Below are positions 37,362 through 50,759 of a DNA stretch of 64,000 nucleotides, piece after piece. Position numbers and translations under genes: made by a program. Location: assembly GCA_043228905.1 (NCBI GenBank), contig JBHGNT010000004.1, positions 23,498,001 through 23,562,000 of the forward strand. The letters are read 5' to 3'. Position 1 is the first letter of the stretch; each line of letters starts with the position of its first letter. Under the pieces are notes generated by a model. It saw nothing but the letters and a program-made list of their open reading frames with translations. It searched no databases and was not told the origin of the DNA. The DNA comes from Azolla caroliniana (taxonomy: Eukaryota > Plantae > Polypodiophyta).

Positions 37362-38306
37362 TTATACGGTCTCATCGGCATCCATGGCTCTTGAACCTGA
37401 TTTCCTTTTTAAAATTGTCTTACCACCTTCTTTAGAAAATGGTAGATGCATTGGCCCAAAAGGGGTATCAACTTCGAGTTTCCCAGCCATACTATATCCA
37501 GCTCCTTTACCACAGATAATTCCCCACATGGCAGACCCAAGATCTTTAGGTCGGAAAGAAATGGGTATCTCAAGAGAACCCACACCTTGTTCTTCAATAG
37601 TCGAAGATTTACTCAATCTCGTGCTCGCTATGGGAGTGCCTGCCAATCCGAAGCTATACTCAAGCTCTCTTATACCTAACTTAAACTTGTTCCTATTGCC
37701 CACTTTAAGATGCAAAGTAGCTGATGACTCTTCAACTGAAAGTTGGTTGAATTCAACATGATCAACATCAACCTCCGGTTTGTAAGGAACAGGAATCTCG
37801 CCCGTTTTCTCGAGGGGCAAGGTGAGTCTGCCGAACACTGGCACATCAACAATAAGCTCGACCTTAACCTTATAAGGGATGACATCACCGGGATGTATGT
37901 CATGGTATGTGTCTTTGATGTCTTTATATATGATCGTGGTTTTGATGTTGAGGGTCTCAGATCCATGGGCATGTAGAGTGCCGGCATCGGGGATGGTTCC
38001 AGATGCGAGTTTCCGGCCATTGCTTTCGATATCATAATTTATGTCCACCAGGGGTATGGGGATAGGGTTAGGATTTGTAACCATTACATCGACAACCACA
38101 TCTGCTTGATCTAATGTTATGCTTGGGAGATGGAAACCTGAGACATGAGCAGTAGGCTTACCGAATCCAATGTTTTCCTTGATGAACCCTTTCACCTTTC
38201 CAAAGAATCCATGGCCCTTGTCTGATCCATCTTCGGAACCTCCTCCTCCTTCTTTTTCTTCTCCTGCATTGTTGGACCAGAACAGAGCTCGGTCGCTGTC
38301 TGCCAT
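37362..38306 (-). CDS. Late embryogenesis abundant LEA_2 protein with two WHy domains (desiccation-related, At2g44060-like), 314 aa
   Basis: Intronless ORF with GFFGKVKGFI..IGFGKPTA, VDVMVTNPNPIPIPLVDINYDIES.GRKL, PDAGTLHAHG, DVPVFGRLTLPLEKTGEIPVPYKP and VDTPFGPMHLP. Confidence 0.93.
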   Translation of the reverse strand: MADSDRALFWSNNAGEEKEGGGGSEDGSDKGHGFFGKVKGFIKENIGFGKPTAHVSGFHLPSITLDQADVVVDVMVTNPNPIPIPLVDINYDIESNGRKLASGTIPDAGTLHAHGSETLNIKTTIIYKDIKDTYHDIHPGDVIPYKVKVELIVDVPVFGRLTLPLEKTGEIPVPYKPEVDVDHVEFNQLSVEESSATLHLKVGNRNKFKLGIRELEYSFGLAGTPIASTRLSKSSTIEEQGVGSLEIPISFRPKDLGSAMWGIICGKGAGYSMAGKLEVDTPFGPMHLPFSKEGGKTILKRKSGSRAMDADETV

Positions 38307-38480
38307 GGCAAATCGCCCAAAGTCTTTGTATCACAAGAGAGGTGTAGATGGATTCATGTCAATGGAGACATTTGTTGTGTTAAAAATTGGAGGCATGGTC
38401 CCAAACCATATTTAAACTTAATATAGTCACAAAAAAACATGGCCCCAAAACTTAGTATAATGTGCAATAACTACTTGAGG

Positions 38481-38672
38481 TGCATGAGTAGTCATGCATG
38501 ACACATTATATATCATTTTGTATTGATATCATAAGTTAAACACACGCCATATGGTATGTAGGTGTATACTAGCGGGGTAAAATTTACAGCTCTATTATTT
38601 CGCACAAGAGTTCATAGGAAGGTGGAAGGGGGCGTATGCAATGGAAAACTAATGGTTTAATGCAAACACGTG
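38481..38672 (-). promoter_or_regulatory. RY (CATGCA/CATGCATG) and G-box/ABRE-like elements upstream of the LEA gene
   Basis: tgcatg at 38481-38486, catgcatg at 38493-38500 and acacgtg at 38666-38672, which is 175-365 bp upstream of the ATG. Confidence 0.45.
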
Positions 38673-40315
38673 AAAGGTAACACCTTGTATTTCAGTTGTA
38701 TGAACATGAAGTATGAATGATCATTTTTGTTGTTGTCCTACTAGAACTTCTATGGTGATCGATACAAATGAGTTATATGAGGCGAATTTTGTCTATTTGA
38801 CCTGAGTTGCCTATGGAGTTGGTGCATGGTGTAAGTACGTTGGTACTTGGCAATCTATAACACATTGTTTTAGAATAGTTTAACACTCTAGATCCCCCCC
38901 TCTTTAAGGCGGGGACTTTGAAATGAATGCACATCTCTATCTAGTCTTTTCATGGCATTGTCCTATCTAAAAAGCCTAGGCTAATGTTTTGTAAAGCACC
39001 CTCAATAATAAAACATTATATTATGTCTCTTTTTCTTGTTATTCCTTTTTTACACAGCCTATACCCCTCTGCCCACTCCAACAAGTAGTTTGAGTACCAT
39101 CATATACTATAGCATGGAAACACTTCAGGATTTTTTTATGCTTAACTTGATATATAGGATCTGATAATGACTGTTGCTCCTCTTAATTAAATCAAACATA
39201 TTTCACTCATTTAATGCAGACCATACAAACCCAACAATTATCTTTGTGAGTTATTTAGTATGTTGTACCTTTAGACATAGTAATGTATGGGTTACTACGA
39301 TGACTTTTAACACACAATTTAATGCAACAACATATAGCATTATCAACACAAGCCATGTCGCTCCATTAAGTTATACAATTTCAAATACATAATTGTATGA
39401 ATCTATATGCAAAATTTGAGAGAATATCTAAAAGCCCCTTATTATATGTTGTATGAAGCTTGATGCATTCACAACCTGTCTTTATCACATAAAAATCTTG
39501 TCCTCATAAAGAAGTGGTTTAGTTTCATTGGAAATTTCAAGGAAATGATCCCCACACAGATCCAACATAGATTGGAACCCTCCTACTTTGCACTCAATCT
39601 TTATTGACCATCATCTATAAGCAAAAAATTTTAACGTCATACTCATAATTTAATGAGACAAGTTTTCAAATTAAGTCGTTAAATGATCCCTTGTATCATT
39701 GCAAAAAAATCATATTGTCTAGTTGAAGGTAACAAAATGGTAAAACAGGAAGCTATGGCAGTTCTAGAGGTAATGATAAAAAGTCCAAGTATAAAAACAG
39801 GATAGTTTAGACAAGAAAACTCCTGAGTTCTCATAACAAAAACGAGATGGATTAAGGAATAGCAACCAAAAAAGCTTTCAATACATTATAAATCACACAT
39901 TCAAATTTAATCATTCACTTGGAGCTTCAGTTAAACATCTTTGACACTCAAACTTGCTTCTTGAAATTTAATCTTAACTTAAGGTTAACTGAACATAGTC
40001 CGCATTTAAAACAAAAATATTGAAATTCAATCATCACTCACGAGGTTTGATGCAACTTTTTTGGCACTCTAAATCAGATGTTGAAATTCATATCACGAGG
40101 AGCTGTTCTTCGAGATTAAATGAGTCAATGCTTTTGAAGTTTTCAACCTTTGCATACAAGCATTGCAATTATTTCCACCAGTGTTAAGCTTCCTACGCAT
40201 AAAATAATTTCAAAAAAAATCATCAATATAAACCGAGTGATCCATTCTACAGTTACAAATTGCAAGAGGAACCCAGAGCAAACACTTGCATTCATTGTGG
40301 TTTTTTTGGATTACA

Positions 40316-43300
40316 TTAAATAGAACTACGGCTAAATTGCCGATACATGGATTCTGAAACTTCTGAAACACTACACCCCACTGTTTTTAGAGCTGAGTTG
40401 AAATGTCGCATGCTTACTTCTTTTGAGTTGAGATCCTCCTGCATATTAATTACAAGACAGTTAGTTCCTTAATAACAAAAGAAACTTAAAAATAACCTAA
40501 TACTGGAGTCTCCGTTTCCTCAAAAGCACCTAATAGAGGAGTTTCCATTGCCATTTCAGGAGTTGACCAGGGCATACCATATGAGAAAAAAGAAAAAGCC
40601 AAGAGCATTTCAAAGTTTTCCCTATCAAAACTTAATGCAGAATGAGAAATATTCTACAATATTGTATACTTCCGATATATTGCAAATTGTCTGGAATATT
40701 GTATACTAGTATAACTACCCCTCCAAGAGCAAGAACTCAAAATGATCCATTTTGACTTCCTATTTAATTCATATTTACTCATCATTAACTAAATGGTGGA
40801 ACCACACCTCTAGAGCTGCCATGGCTGCCTCCCTGCAAACACCTGCAATATCTGCGCCAGTGTAACCTTTTGTTTGCATTGCAAGGTCTCTTCTATCCAC
40901 ATCTAATGCACAAGGCATGTTCCTTGTATGTATTTTGAAAATTTGTAATCTTGCAGTTTCATCAGGTGGACCAACATAAAGTAGCTTATCAAAACGACCT
41001 GAAGATTCCCGCAAAATAAGTGGCATCACATCAATATACTGATTGTAATAAACTAAATAAGGTTGATAGTGATTCTTAGGGAAAGATGATCACTCAAGTA
41101 CTATATTCAATTCTTGATTATGATAAAATTTATGTTATATACTCTCTAATTTGCATGGAAAACCCTCATTGATGTTATATACTATTATCTTTTCAAAACT
41201 AACCTGGACGTAATAAAGCAGGATCAATCTTATCAGGCCGATTCGTAGCTGCAATCACAGTTACACCATTCCTCGTGCTTAATCCTGATCATTTGATATT
41301 GAATAGATCAAAACTTTAAGATTATGAAGAACTGCTTAAAAACAACACAAATTATTTAGTATTTATCCAATTTGGATTTGTGCATTAGTTCTTTCTAACT
41401 GTATAAGGCTTGTAACTCGTTCACTGTGGATATAATTATACAGTTATTAAACCTCTAGGTTAGTTTATTTTTCATCAAGTCTATCATATATTGATGTTAA
41501 TGTCTATTAGATATTAGTTGAGCATAAATAGCCAACAACATTGTAAGCAAATAACTTCTTGTATTTATTTACAATTATATTAAGCTGAGTTCTTCATTTA
41601 CTTTTGGCCTTTATTACTTGTTAGAGCTCTGAATTACATACCATCCATCTCAACTAATAGTTGACTCATTACCCTATTGCCAACAGAGGCACCATCATGA
41701 CCTGAATCTCGTGAGACAGCCAGACCATCTAGTTCATCAAAGAATACAATAGATGGGGAGGCTACTTGCGCTCTCTGAAATAATGAATGCACAGCCTTCT
41801 CTGACTCTCCTACCCATTTGCTGAACAATTCAGGACCCTTAACTGCAATGAAATTAAGACCTGCCTCAGTTGCGACAGCTCTAGCCATTAGAGTCTTGCT
41901 GCATCCAGGTGGACCATATAATAATACTCCTCTAGGCGGTTGGGTGCCAATCCGAGAAAATGCATCAGCGTGCTTTTGTGGCCACTCAACTGCCTCTCGA
42001 AGCTGCTGTTTGGCTTCTTCTTGTCCACCAATATCCGACCAATTCACCTTTGGCACTTCGAGCATAACCTGCCTCAAAATTGGACAAATATACAATGATT
42101 ACGGTGAACTCTTATTTCAAACTTCAACTCAGAAAATTAGAAAAGAGTTATACTATCTTGGTTTAATGCACAAAACCATGATTTTAGCATACGGTTATAT
42201 TTTATTTTGAAGAATGGCAGCCCATGTAAATTAATTATCGAGTTGGGTGCTGCCTATGCCAACAGTCCATCTTACCTCGACCATGGTATGGTAGCAATGC
42301 TCTCAGAAATAATGATGGCATCAGAAGGCCAGACACAACAGGAAGTCCTAAAATAGGGTCTGATCAGCTGAAATGTGGAATTTCCACATGCACATCAACC
42401 AATATTCAGGAAGAACCCTTGGTCTCTAAAGAACAAAAGACAGCAGATTGGCCCAACAAAGGAGGCAAATGATGACTCCACGTACTGTGAGAGGTTATTT
42501 CAAATGAAAATCTATGAGGCAGAGAGCTGCTTAAAAAGGCAATCTCAAAGCCCACGAATCTCTCAGAGTTGTAATATATGTAAATGTTACTATTAGGACT
42601 ACTAGAGGAGATGGATGCATGCATACTCTTAAGCAATGTGGGCGACTGTGAGGCCCCATAGGATAAGCCTCGCCTCTACCAATATATAGAGGGCCTGGTG
42701 CTTAAGTTTGTATGGGGAAAACATTATGAGAAATATCTAATGGATTGAACAATTGGATCCATATTGTGTCTCTTTTCTCACTTCCCTCAATGTTTGTTGT
42801 TACTCTGCCTCCCTCTCTCATATTCATCCTTAAATCATCATATGTAACTTCATTGTGAATCCATCAGTGGAAGTGTTATTCCCTTGCATAACGGTCCTTA
42901 ATCATGATATATAGCTTCCATTGTGAATTCATGGGTGGAAGATTCTGCACGATTGACCAAAATGCGACAATGACACTTTTGACTGCAAATATTAGTGCCT
43001 TCAAACGATTGCGGAGGATAGAGCAGAGTTGCATGACACACCATAAGAGGATGCTTTTGGTGCAGAATTCCACTCTGTATTTTCAAAATAGGTTTCCCTT
43101 AATACAAGACATCTGCCATCTTATCAATATTTTCAATACCCCAGCACTGGCAACTTGATGTGACCATAAGGCGAAATCAATCTCTTCATCAATTTCATCA
43201 TGTATGGTTCCAGTCTGTGAATACAATCAATCATCTATGCAAACATTTTCAGTAAACCTAGGTATTTGATTCTCGAGAACTTTATGATAAATATAGAGAA

Positions 43301-46300
43301 GCCAAATGAAATTCCTTACACTGCAAGCATATGAGAGAGCTAGATATGAAAATTTCACATGCCATGAACCTCACTAACACAAAGCTTATACATATCCCTA
43401 TTCTTGTACTATCTTTTCTAGCTCGTTTATTTACAACTAGGTCTATTTGCCCCCGAGTCCTAACAGGTTACTAGATCTGCAATTATGTGACTCATGAACA
43501 AAATACTTCGCTAACACACCCTGGTATCTAAGCATCTAATAAATGATTTTTTGAATTTCTTTAATCTCCCATAACTGTATAAACAGCCAAAGACCATGGC
43601 TCCAAATACACACTCATGAACAAAATACTTCGCTAACACACCCTGGTATCTAAGCATCTAATAAATGATTTTTTGAATTTCTTTAATCTCCCATAACTGT
43701 ATAAACAGCCAAAGACCATGGCTCCAATTACACATTTTTATTTTTGGTGACACTGACCAAACACAGTTGGAGTTTAAACATCAGTCAGAAAATAAAGCAA
43801 GTCATGATTAGCACTGTACTTATCAGTACAAATTAACAGACATTAAATCTTTGAGCACCTTGAAACGTTTCTCATCCAGCAGGCTATATATGATAGTCAT
43901 AAAATATCCCCCATTGTACTCACCTCACGCATTCCACTAGGCCGTACTTTTGTTTTCGCTTCCTCAAAGTCAACCACGGTTATTCTTAAAGGATCACCGG
44001 ACCATCCCAATTCAGTGGATATATTCAGGTTTCCAAAATCCAATGTAACATCTGACAGCTCAGCTGATACTGAATTCTCGTTCATGCAGTCACTGATCAA
44101 TTTCTCAAACCTTGTTTCATTTTTAACAATCTCTTGAACGTTACGACGTAAAGCTACCAATGCTGCTTCATTGCATAATGAACTGAGATCGGCACCTACA
44201 AAACCATGTGTTGCAGATGCCAATGTTTCAATATCTGCATTTGTCAATGCGTGCCTCATCCTTGAAAGAAGGGATAATAATATCTCTAGTCTACCAGATG
44301 GGGTTGGAACACCTGCATAAAACCAGAGAGATATCACGAAATTTTGAAGAAAAATATAAAATTTATTACCAGTTATTTATATCCACAATTCAAGGTTAAA
44401 TTCTATGGAAAGAATCCAGAAAGGTCATAATATCCTATTCACGGACCTTATCATAAATTTAGAATATTATGCTTTTACATATTGCAATATTTTCAATCAA
44501 AAGTAAAAGAGGAAGAAAATTGTTGATACCCATCTTGATTGATGCACAAAGACAATCACATATCCTAGTCTTCTTTGGTGTTATCAACCAGTGCTTCATT
44601 GTAGTTAGATGCAAAAGGACCACAGAAATAGTAATGCACGAAATCGCTAACTTTCATTCAGAAAGCAACCTTTACGCGTGAACCGCACTTTTTCATGCCA
44701 AGATAGCACAAATCAAGAGGAGTGTTATGTAACATGCATTATTCCAAAATCCAACAATAAGATATTCAACTTACACTCACTCTGAAGTACTTACTACTTA
44801 CTGCAAGGGAGTGATGACACTCTGCATGCTAAAGACATTATTAGGAGACTGGGTTTTGGACGTGTGAACCTCACTTTTTCATGCCAAGATAGCACAAATC
44901 AAGAGGAGTGTTATGTAACATGCATTATTCCAAAACCCAACAATAAGATATTCAACTTGCACTCACTCTGAAGTACTTACTACTTACTGCAAGGGAGTGA
45001 TGACACTCTGCATGCTAAAGACATTATTAGGAGACTGGGTTTTGGACGCGTGAACCTCACTTTTTCATGCCAAGATAGCACAAATCAAGAGGAGTGTTAT
45101 GTAACATGCATTATTCCAAAACCCAACAATAAGATATTCAACTTGCAATCACTCTGAAGTACTTACTGCAAGGGAGTGATGACACTCTGCATGCTAAAGC
45201 CATTATTAGGACACTGGGTTTCGGAAGTCGGCCACATCTTGAACCTTGTTTTACCACAATAAAATGTAATCCTAGAATACTGACGTGAAGATCATTAAAA
45301 AAATTCTCCTACCATATCCTAGGTCTAGATGTCTTGTGGATCTTTGGTTCTTCACCATTGCAAGTCAAAAAGAACAATCACACCCAATATAAATAAGTAT
45401 CTTTGGTTCCTCTTGACACTACAAGTGCAGCTCAGCTGAATCGATGCAAGCAAACAGACAAAAATCAGTGTTCTCTATTTAACTTCCTACCTAAAATAAA
45501 CATACCAATTTCAATTTCACGATCAAACCTCCCAGGTCGGCGTAAAGCTGAATCAACAGCTTCAGGCCGGTTTGTCGCTGCAACAACCAACACACGATGT
45601 AGGTACTTCTCACTTCCATCCATGATAGTTAATAATGTGGCAACCAATCGCCTTCCAAGATCTTCAGATCCATCTGACCGTTGTGGTGCAATTGCATCCA
45701 GCTCATCTATGAAAACCTTTTGAGATATTATAACACTGATATATATTACGGAAAAACTCCAAAATACCAATGAGTTTTTATTCATTCTGCAAATGTCATG
45801 AAGTTTTTTCTTTATTTCATTGAATACTCTTGGCCAGCCGCAAAAAGAAGGATTATATGTGCCATTTGAGCAATTGCATGGTAAATTCGTCACCATTCTT
45901 TCCATTACATGCACTATTTGAGCAGTTGATGGTCATAGGGTTGACCAAGGGCATTTGAGAAAATAATGAAAATTTATGGGTATTTGGGGAAACAAAGAAA
46001 AACTCAGAGGTATTTAAAAGTTTTTCCTTATGTATTATATACTCAGAGATTGAAATTGCTCAAACATGAAAAAAATAAGTACCACAGATGGGGCTTCTGC
46101 TTGAGCTGCTGTAAATACTGATTGCAGAGCTGCCTCACTTTCTCCATAGTACTCGGTTATTATTTCGGGTCCATTTATAGGAAAGAATTTAACACCAGCT
46201 TCCTTAGCTGCAGCAAGAGCCAGAGAAGTCTTCCCGGTTCCTGGTGGCCCATGAAGAAGAACACCATGTGGGGGCTGCAGACCTAAACTGACAGGATTGA

Positions 46301-49300
46301 AATTCAAACATATGTATGTTGAGCCTTGAGGTTCTTTCCACATAACAATTCTTATTAAGTTGTAATTGTAAACGTGTTTTCACATATTTTGGTCAGATTG
46401 AATTTAATACAACAATGATAAAAATGGAGCTTTAAAACAAAATAGAACTTGGAGATAAGTTATGAAAAGATGTAAAGTTTTCTACGCTATTAATAAAAAT
46501 TAAAAGAATAAGGAGAAATTTCCCAACCACCCTGGTATTTGGGTAAATAAGAAACTGGCTCTGTTTTGATTAAAAAAGACCAATGCCAACCTCAAGACAT
46601 TGACTGCAACTACAAGTTGCCCTAGAAACTTAATTTCTTTCGAAGTTTCATGAAGAAACAAAATAGCAGAAGTATGCTCTGAAATGATTCATGAGACTGT
46701 AACCTGTAAAGCTCAGAATAGGAAAAGAAAGAAAACAGGGGACTAATAGCTGAGAAATGATCATTCTTGTGACCATGAATAATTGACAAGTCATCACTTC
46801 CTAAAGCTATGGCTGCATTCAGTATACATGCCGGTATTGAAGCTTCTCCAATTATTTCCTAAATGTGTACCACAAAATAATAATCCTTTTGTAAATGTTC
46901 ATCTATACATGCACTACATGTTATGTTCATGTAAGATGTATTAAGCTGTATTTATTTAAATATCTAATTACTTAACGTTTTCTCAAAAGTCTTATATCTC
47001 CCCACAGATGCACTGTATTACCATAAAAAAGAGCTATATGCACAAACAAGAAATTCCAAATCTTGATGTTTATTAGAGGAATTACCGTGGATAATTAAAA
47101 AGATTGAAATGCACCTACCTTATTAAACGGTCTGGCTGTAGAAGAGAAAATTTTATTATTTCTTTCAAAGTAGATATTTGATCTGACAGGCCCCCTAGTT
47201 GTGAATATTCGAGTTGCTTCATAGGTACCATCATATTTTGTGAGGATTGTATGCTCTCTTTCACTTGATCTTCATTATCATTCAAATGCATGTGGTTAAC
47301 AGCTTCTGTAGAAGGTATGATAAAAACAATATGTGTATTGCTTTCTATATGCAGTATGTTAGGAACTTCAGTCCATGGAAATCCAGAATTCTGCTTAGCT
47401 TTATCACAGACATTTTCTTGATTTTTGGATGGAACTTTAGCATCAATAACCTTGAACACACAATACCGTCCACATACCAAGATCCCGACAATATTTCCCT
47501 TCATTAAATATCGACCATGCAGCAGTCGACCAGCAAACCTTTGTAATAATTTGGAAGCTCTGCTATTCTCATCAGCTAATATTTCAGACAAAGTAGCCTC
47601 ATCCTTTTTTTGCCACATATTTTGAGCTAATTCTATCTTTTGTAATAGTTTCAATTCCCCACAACCACCATGTTTACTTTGCGAATGGCTTTGATTCCCC
47701 GCGTCACGTTTAGACTCCCTAAGTGAAGATGTTTTCTTGTTGCTTTTCTGAACTAATCTCTGTTGTTCAGGTGTCACTTCCAACTCATCACTCTTTGATG
47801 AGGATGTTTTCTTGTTGCTCTTTGGAACTATTCGCTGTTGCTCAGATATTGCTTTGACTAAAATGGGACTTTGAAATGTATCAGCATGCTCATCTTTCAC
47901 ATCAATTGGACACCATCTAAGAACAAGTTCCTGACAATCATGAATATTGGCATCCATTGCTGTTGCTCTATTAGGCTTTAAATTTCCACAGTACTCTAAC
48001 ACAGAAGAAGTTATTGCGATTGTGGAAATGTGTTTCCCGGGCTGTGGACAGCCCAGCGCATAAGCTAGTTGTTTTGATAATCTGACACCATCCTTAAGCT
48101 GTAAAGTTATATGTACATTCCATTTCAGCATGTCCGTATGGAAAAGAAGAAATTAATGAGATATAATGCCAAAAACTTTACTTTGCGGCATGGCCATACT
48201 GTTGCAGTTACACAGTAGCTTCCAGCTTCATCAACTAAACAGTCATTGCTCACAAAACCAAATTCCCTACTGCAACGTTCCTCCAGATTTTCTACATGGG
48301 AAGCTTCAGGATGATCAAACAAAACAGCTTCACACACAAAAACCTGCAATAGAAATATTTGATGTTTATTACATAGTCAAATTACAAGTCCATAAGATGT
48401 GCACATAATTCTCAGAAATTCTAAATGTAGACTGATATTAAAATAGAACTTATATAATCTGATCTATGCCAGGAAGTACATAGGAAGCTTCAAGATTGTC
48501 AAGGACAATATTTGACACATATATGACCTGCACTAAATATTAAATGTTTATATAATCAAATTCTAAGCTGTGCATATAATTCTCACAAAAACTTTCAATG
48601 CAGGTTAAACTGAGGATACATGCTTTTGGTTCTATGGAAGGGAATCATAGACATATAATGACCTGTTTATGAACACTATGAGAAATACAAGCATTGTGAA
48701 ACAAGAAGACAACAATAGTCTGGGCAAAACGTTACCTAAAGTTAGAAAGCTCCTTCCCCAATCCTCAAACTAGGCTCAACTACTCTCAGTGAATAAATTG
48801 AAGTATGAGAATACACCCTTCCGATAAAGTAAATCGCACTATGTTAAGCAAAACAAAACCACAATGAACGAGGCTGGCAGTATCTGAAGTGCTAGCCCAA
48901 AGTCTATAATGCAGTCAGTCTAAATTTAAAAATACAAGCAAACAACTATTTTGGAGGTCTGGACTATACCAAACGGTTCTTCAAATGTAACTATATCTTT
49001 AAAATCACCACCTTCATAATTTATCAAAATGGGCTTTCAGAAGTTAATGTTAAACCATTTAGAAATATCTTATTGCGAGTTCAAACCACAACATTGATAG
49101 ATTGAGATTCAATAATTGCAAAACCTTTCAAAATTTTGGATGTGCCCAAAGCCTATAATGCAGTCAGTCTAAACTTAAAAATACAAGCAAACAACTATTT
49201 TGGAAGTCTGGACTATACCAAACGGTTCTTCAAATGTAAGTATATCTGTAAAATCATCACCTTCATAATTCGTCAAAATGGGCTTTCAGAAGATAATGTT

Positions 49301-50292
49301 AAATCATTTAGAAATATCTTATTGCGAGTCCAACCACAAGATTGATAGATTGAAATACAATAATTGCAAAACCTTTCAAAATTTTAGATGTATACCATAT
49401 CTGTAATAGGCTTCTTTAGGCATGGGGGATAGATAAGTGAAAGAAGTTTCTGATGTTGCGTAACAAGAGGGAATGCAGGGGAAGAGAGACAAGAGTCAAG
49501 AAGAGAGAAACTGACTAAATTGATAGAAAATCGACTGTATAAAACATTGAGGAAAAGAAATATAAAAAATCACAAAAATAAATGGCACTGGGTAATAATG
49601 GAAATGGAAATATGCCACGCTATGCCATGCTACCCCCTCTACCCAGAAGAGTCTGTAATCCATCTTTACAAGGTACGCCATGCTACTCCCTATACTCAGA
49701 GGAGTCTGTAATCCATCTTTACGAGGTTCTCCATGCACTTGTTGTCTACTCAGGAGAGTCTCTCCATGTCCATTGGAGATGGAACCAACACTCAAGAGTG
49801 ATATGTATGCCATAGCACTCTCCATAGGTATATCTTTACAATGTCTTGTCCCTACTCTAGCTGTGGTGACAAAGTAAATAGTTGACCAATAGCACAATTC
49901 AGAAAAAACTCTAAGATATGGATATTGTAGTATGAAATCATCCGCAATGCTGTGAAGAAGATGGGATCTATAGAAGTTCTCTTTGTCCCAGCTCTTGACA
50001 ACGAACTGCATAAGATCTTTTCCAATCCTAGAACTCTCTGACTGTGTTCAAGTAAAAGAAGAATGCATCCTAGCAATACTGAAAGGAAAGGTAATTTTTC
50101 TATAGAGACACTTACTGCAACAAGTTGAGATGTTGAAAATGAACAAGACACCATTGAAGATTCAGGCATCCATAGAGTGGGAGTGAAATCACCATCTGTG
50201 ATTTCTACCTCGACGACATTATATACTTGTAATGGATATTTTATAGCAATTGTGCTTGTTACAGGGCATTTCGACCTGGGTGTCTGCATCAT
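40316..50292 (-). CDS. CIP111: Two-domain AAA+ ATPase CIP111 (AFG2/Drg1/SPATA5-like, CDC48 superfamily), 10 coding exons, ~981 aa
   Basis: Exons (minus) 50292-50116, 48343-48182, 48098-47119, 46287-46083, 45716-45506, 44312-43924, 42068-41642, 41284-41204, 40998-40808 and 40438-40316 have GT-AG junctions and consistent phases (2946 nt). D1 Walker A is GPPGTGKT with Walker B VFIDE. D2 has GPPGCSKT (AFG2-type) and FFDE. The N-domain has [21 protein letters not shown] and LGCP as in CIP111. The start codon is the least certain part. Confidence 0.9.
42570..42852 (+). mobile_element. Solo-LTR-like fragment in a CIP111 intron
   Basis: TG...CA-bounded block with LTR-like TATA context (caatatatagagggcc) followed by a CT-rich U5-like tract. 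No TSD seen. Confidence 0.3.
43490..43732 (+). repeat. Near-perfect two-copy tandem duplication, period 122 bp (intronic)
   Basis: ctcatgaacaaaatacttcgc...gaccatggctccaa occurs at 43491 and 43613. Confidence 0.95.
44674..45222 (+). repeat. Three-copy tandem repeat, period 186 bp (intronic)
   Basis: Units start at 44674, 44860 and 45046 (acg.gtgaacc.cacttttcatgccaagatagc...attattagga.actgggttt). They differ by few substitutions and a short deletion in copy 3. Confidence 0.95.
48895..49391 (+). repeat. Two-copy tandem duplication, period 249 bp (intronic)
   Basis: gcccaaa..ctataatgcagtcagtctaaa...aattgcaaaacctttcaaaatttt occurs at 48895 and 49144 with scattered substitutions. Confidence 0.93.
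49521..49871 (-). mobile_element. LTR-like fragment in a CIP111 intron
   Basis: TG...CA-type end (tgtcaccacag on the minus strand at 49871) and internal sub-repeats (gagtctgtaatccatcttta twice). No TSD seen. Confidence 0.3.
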
Positions 50293-50759
50293 CAAGTTCT
50301 TTGCATCAAATATGGTTCATATGGGCAAGAATATACACGAAATGACATTATATACCTGAAAAGAGCTTTCAATGGCAGGTCCTATGTTTATTCCACGGCT
50401 TTTCAACTCGGGCGTCAGCATCAAAAAGTTCTTTGGAGCAAGTCAAATCCATGAGGATAAGAATATTTATTAAGAGAAATTGACGTATATGTAAGCATAC
50501 AATAGTATATACACACTAATACTCTCACTCACTAATCGATCTATTAAATTATGTGTCTTAAATTATATCTAGGAGAGAGCTTCACCCCATATATTACATA
50601 TCAATGCTATCAACGTTTACCTTATATAATCTTAAAAGTTAATAACCTTAAAATTGCACTATACTAGCCACTAAAACATATGAAAATGTCCACGGTATTA
50701 TCAAAGAGGGAAGAAATGTATAACATAGGTTCTAAGATCACATACTCCCAAACATAATG

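Noticed and set aside
37252-38415. Antisense and alternate-frame ORFs over the LEA gene (similar ones over PPR and oleosin)
   Set aside because: Shadow ORFs of real coding sequence with no independent motifs.
44674-45222. CRISPR array or intronic C/D snoRNA cluster
   Set aside because: Whole units repeat with no unique spacers and there are no cas genes. The GTGATGA and CTGA boxes are on the strand opposite the host gene.
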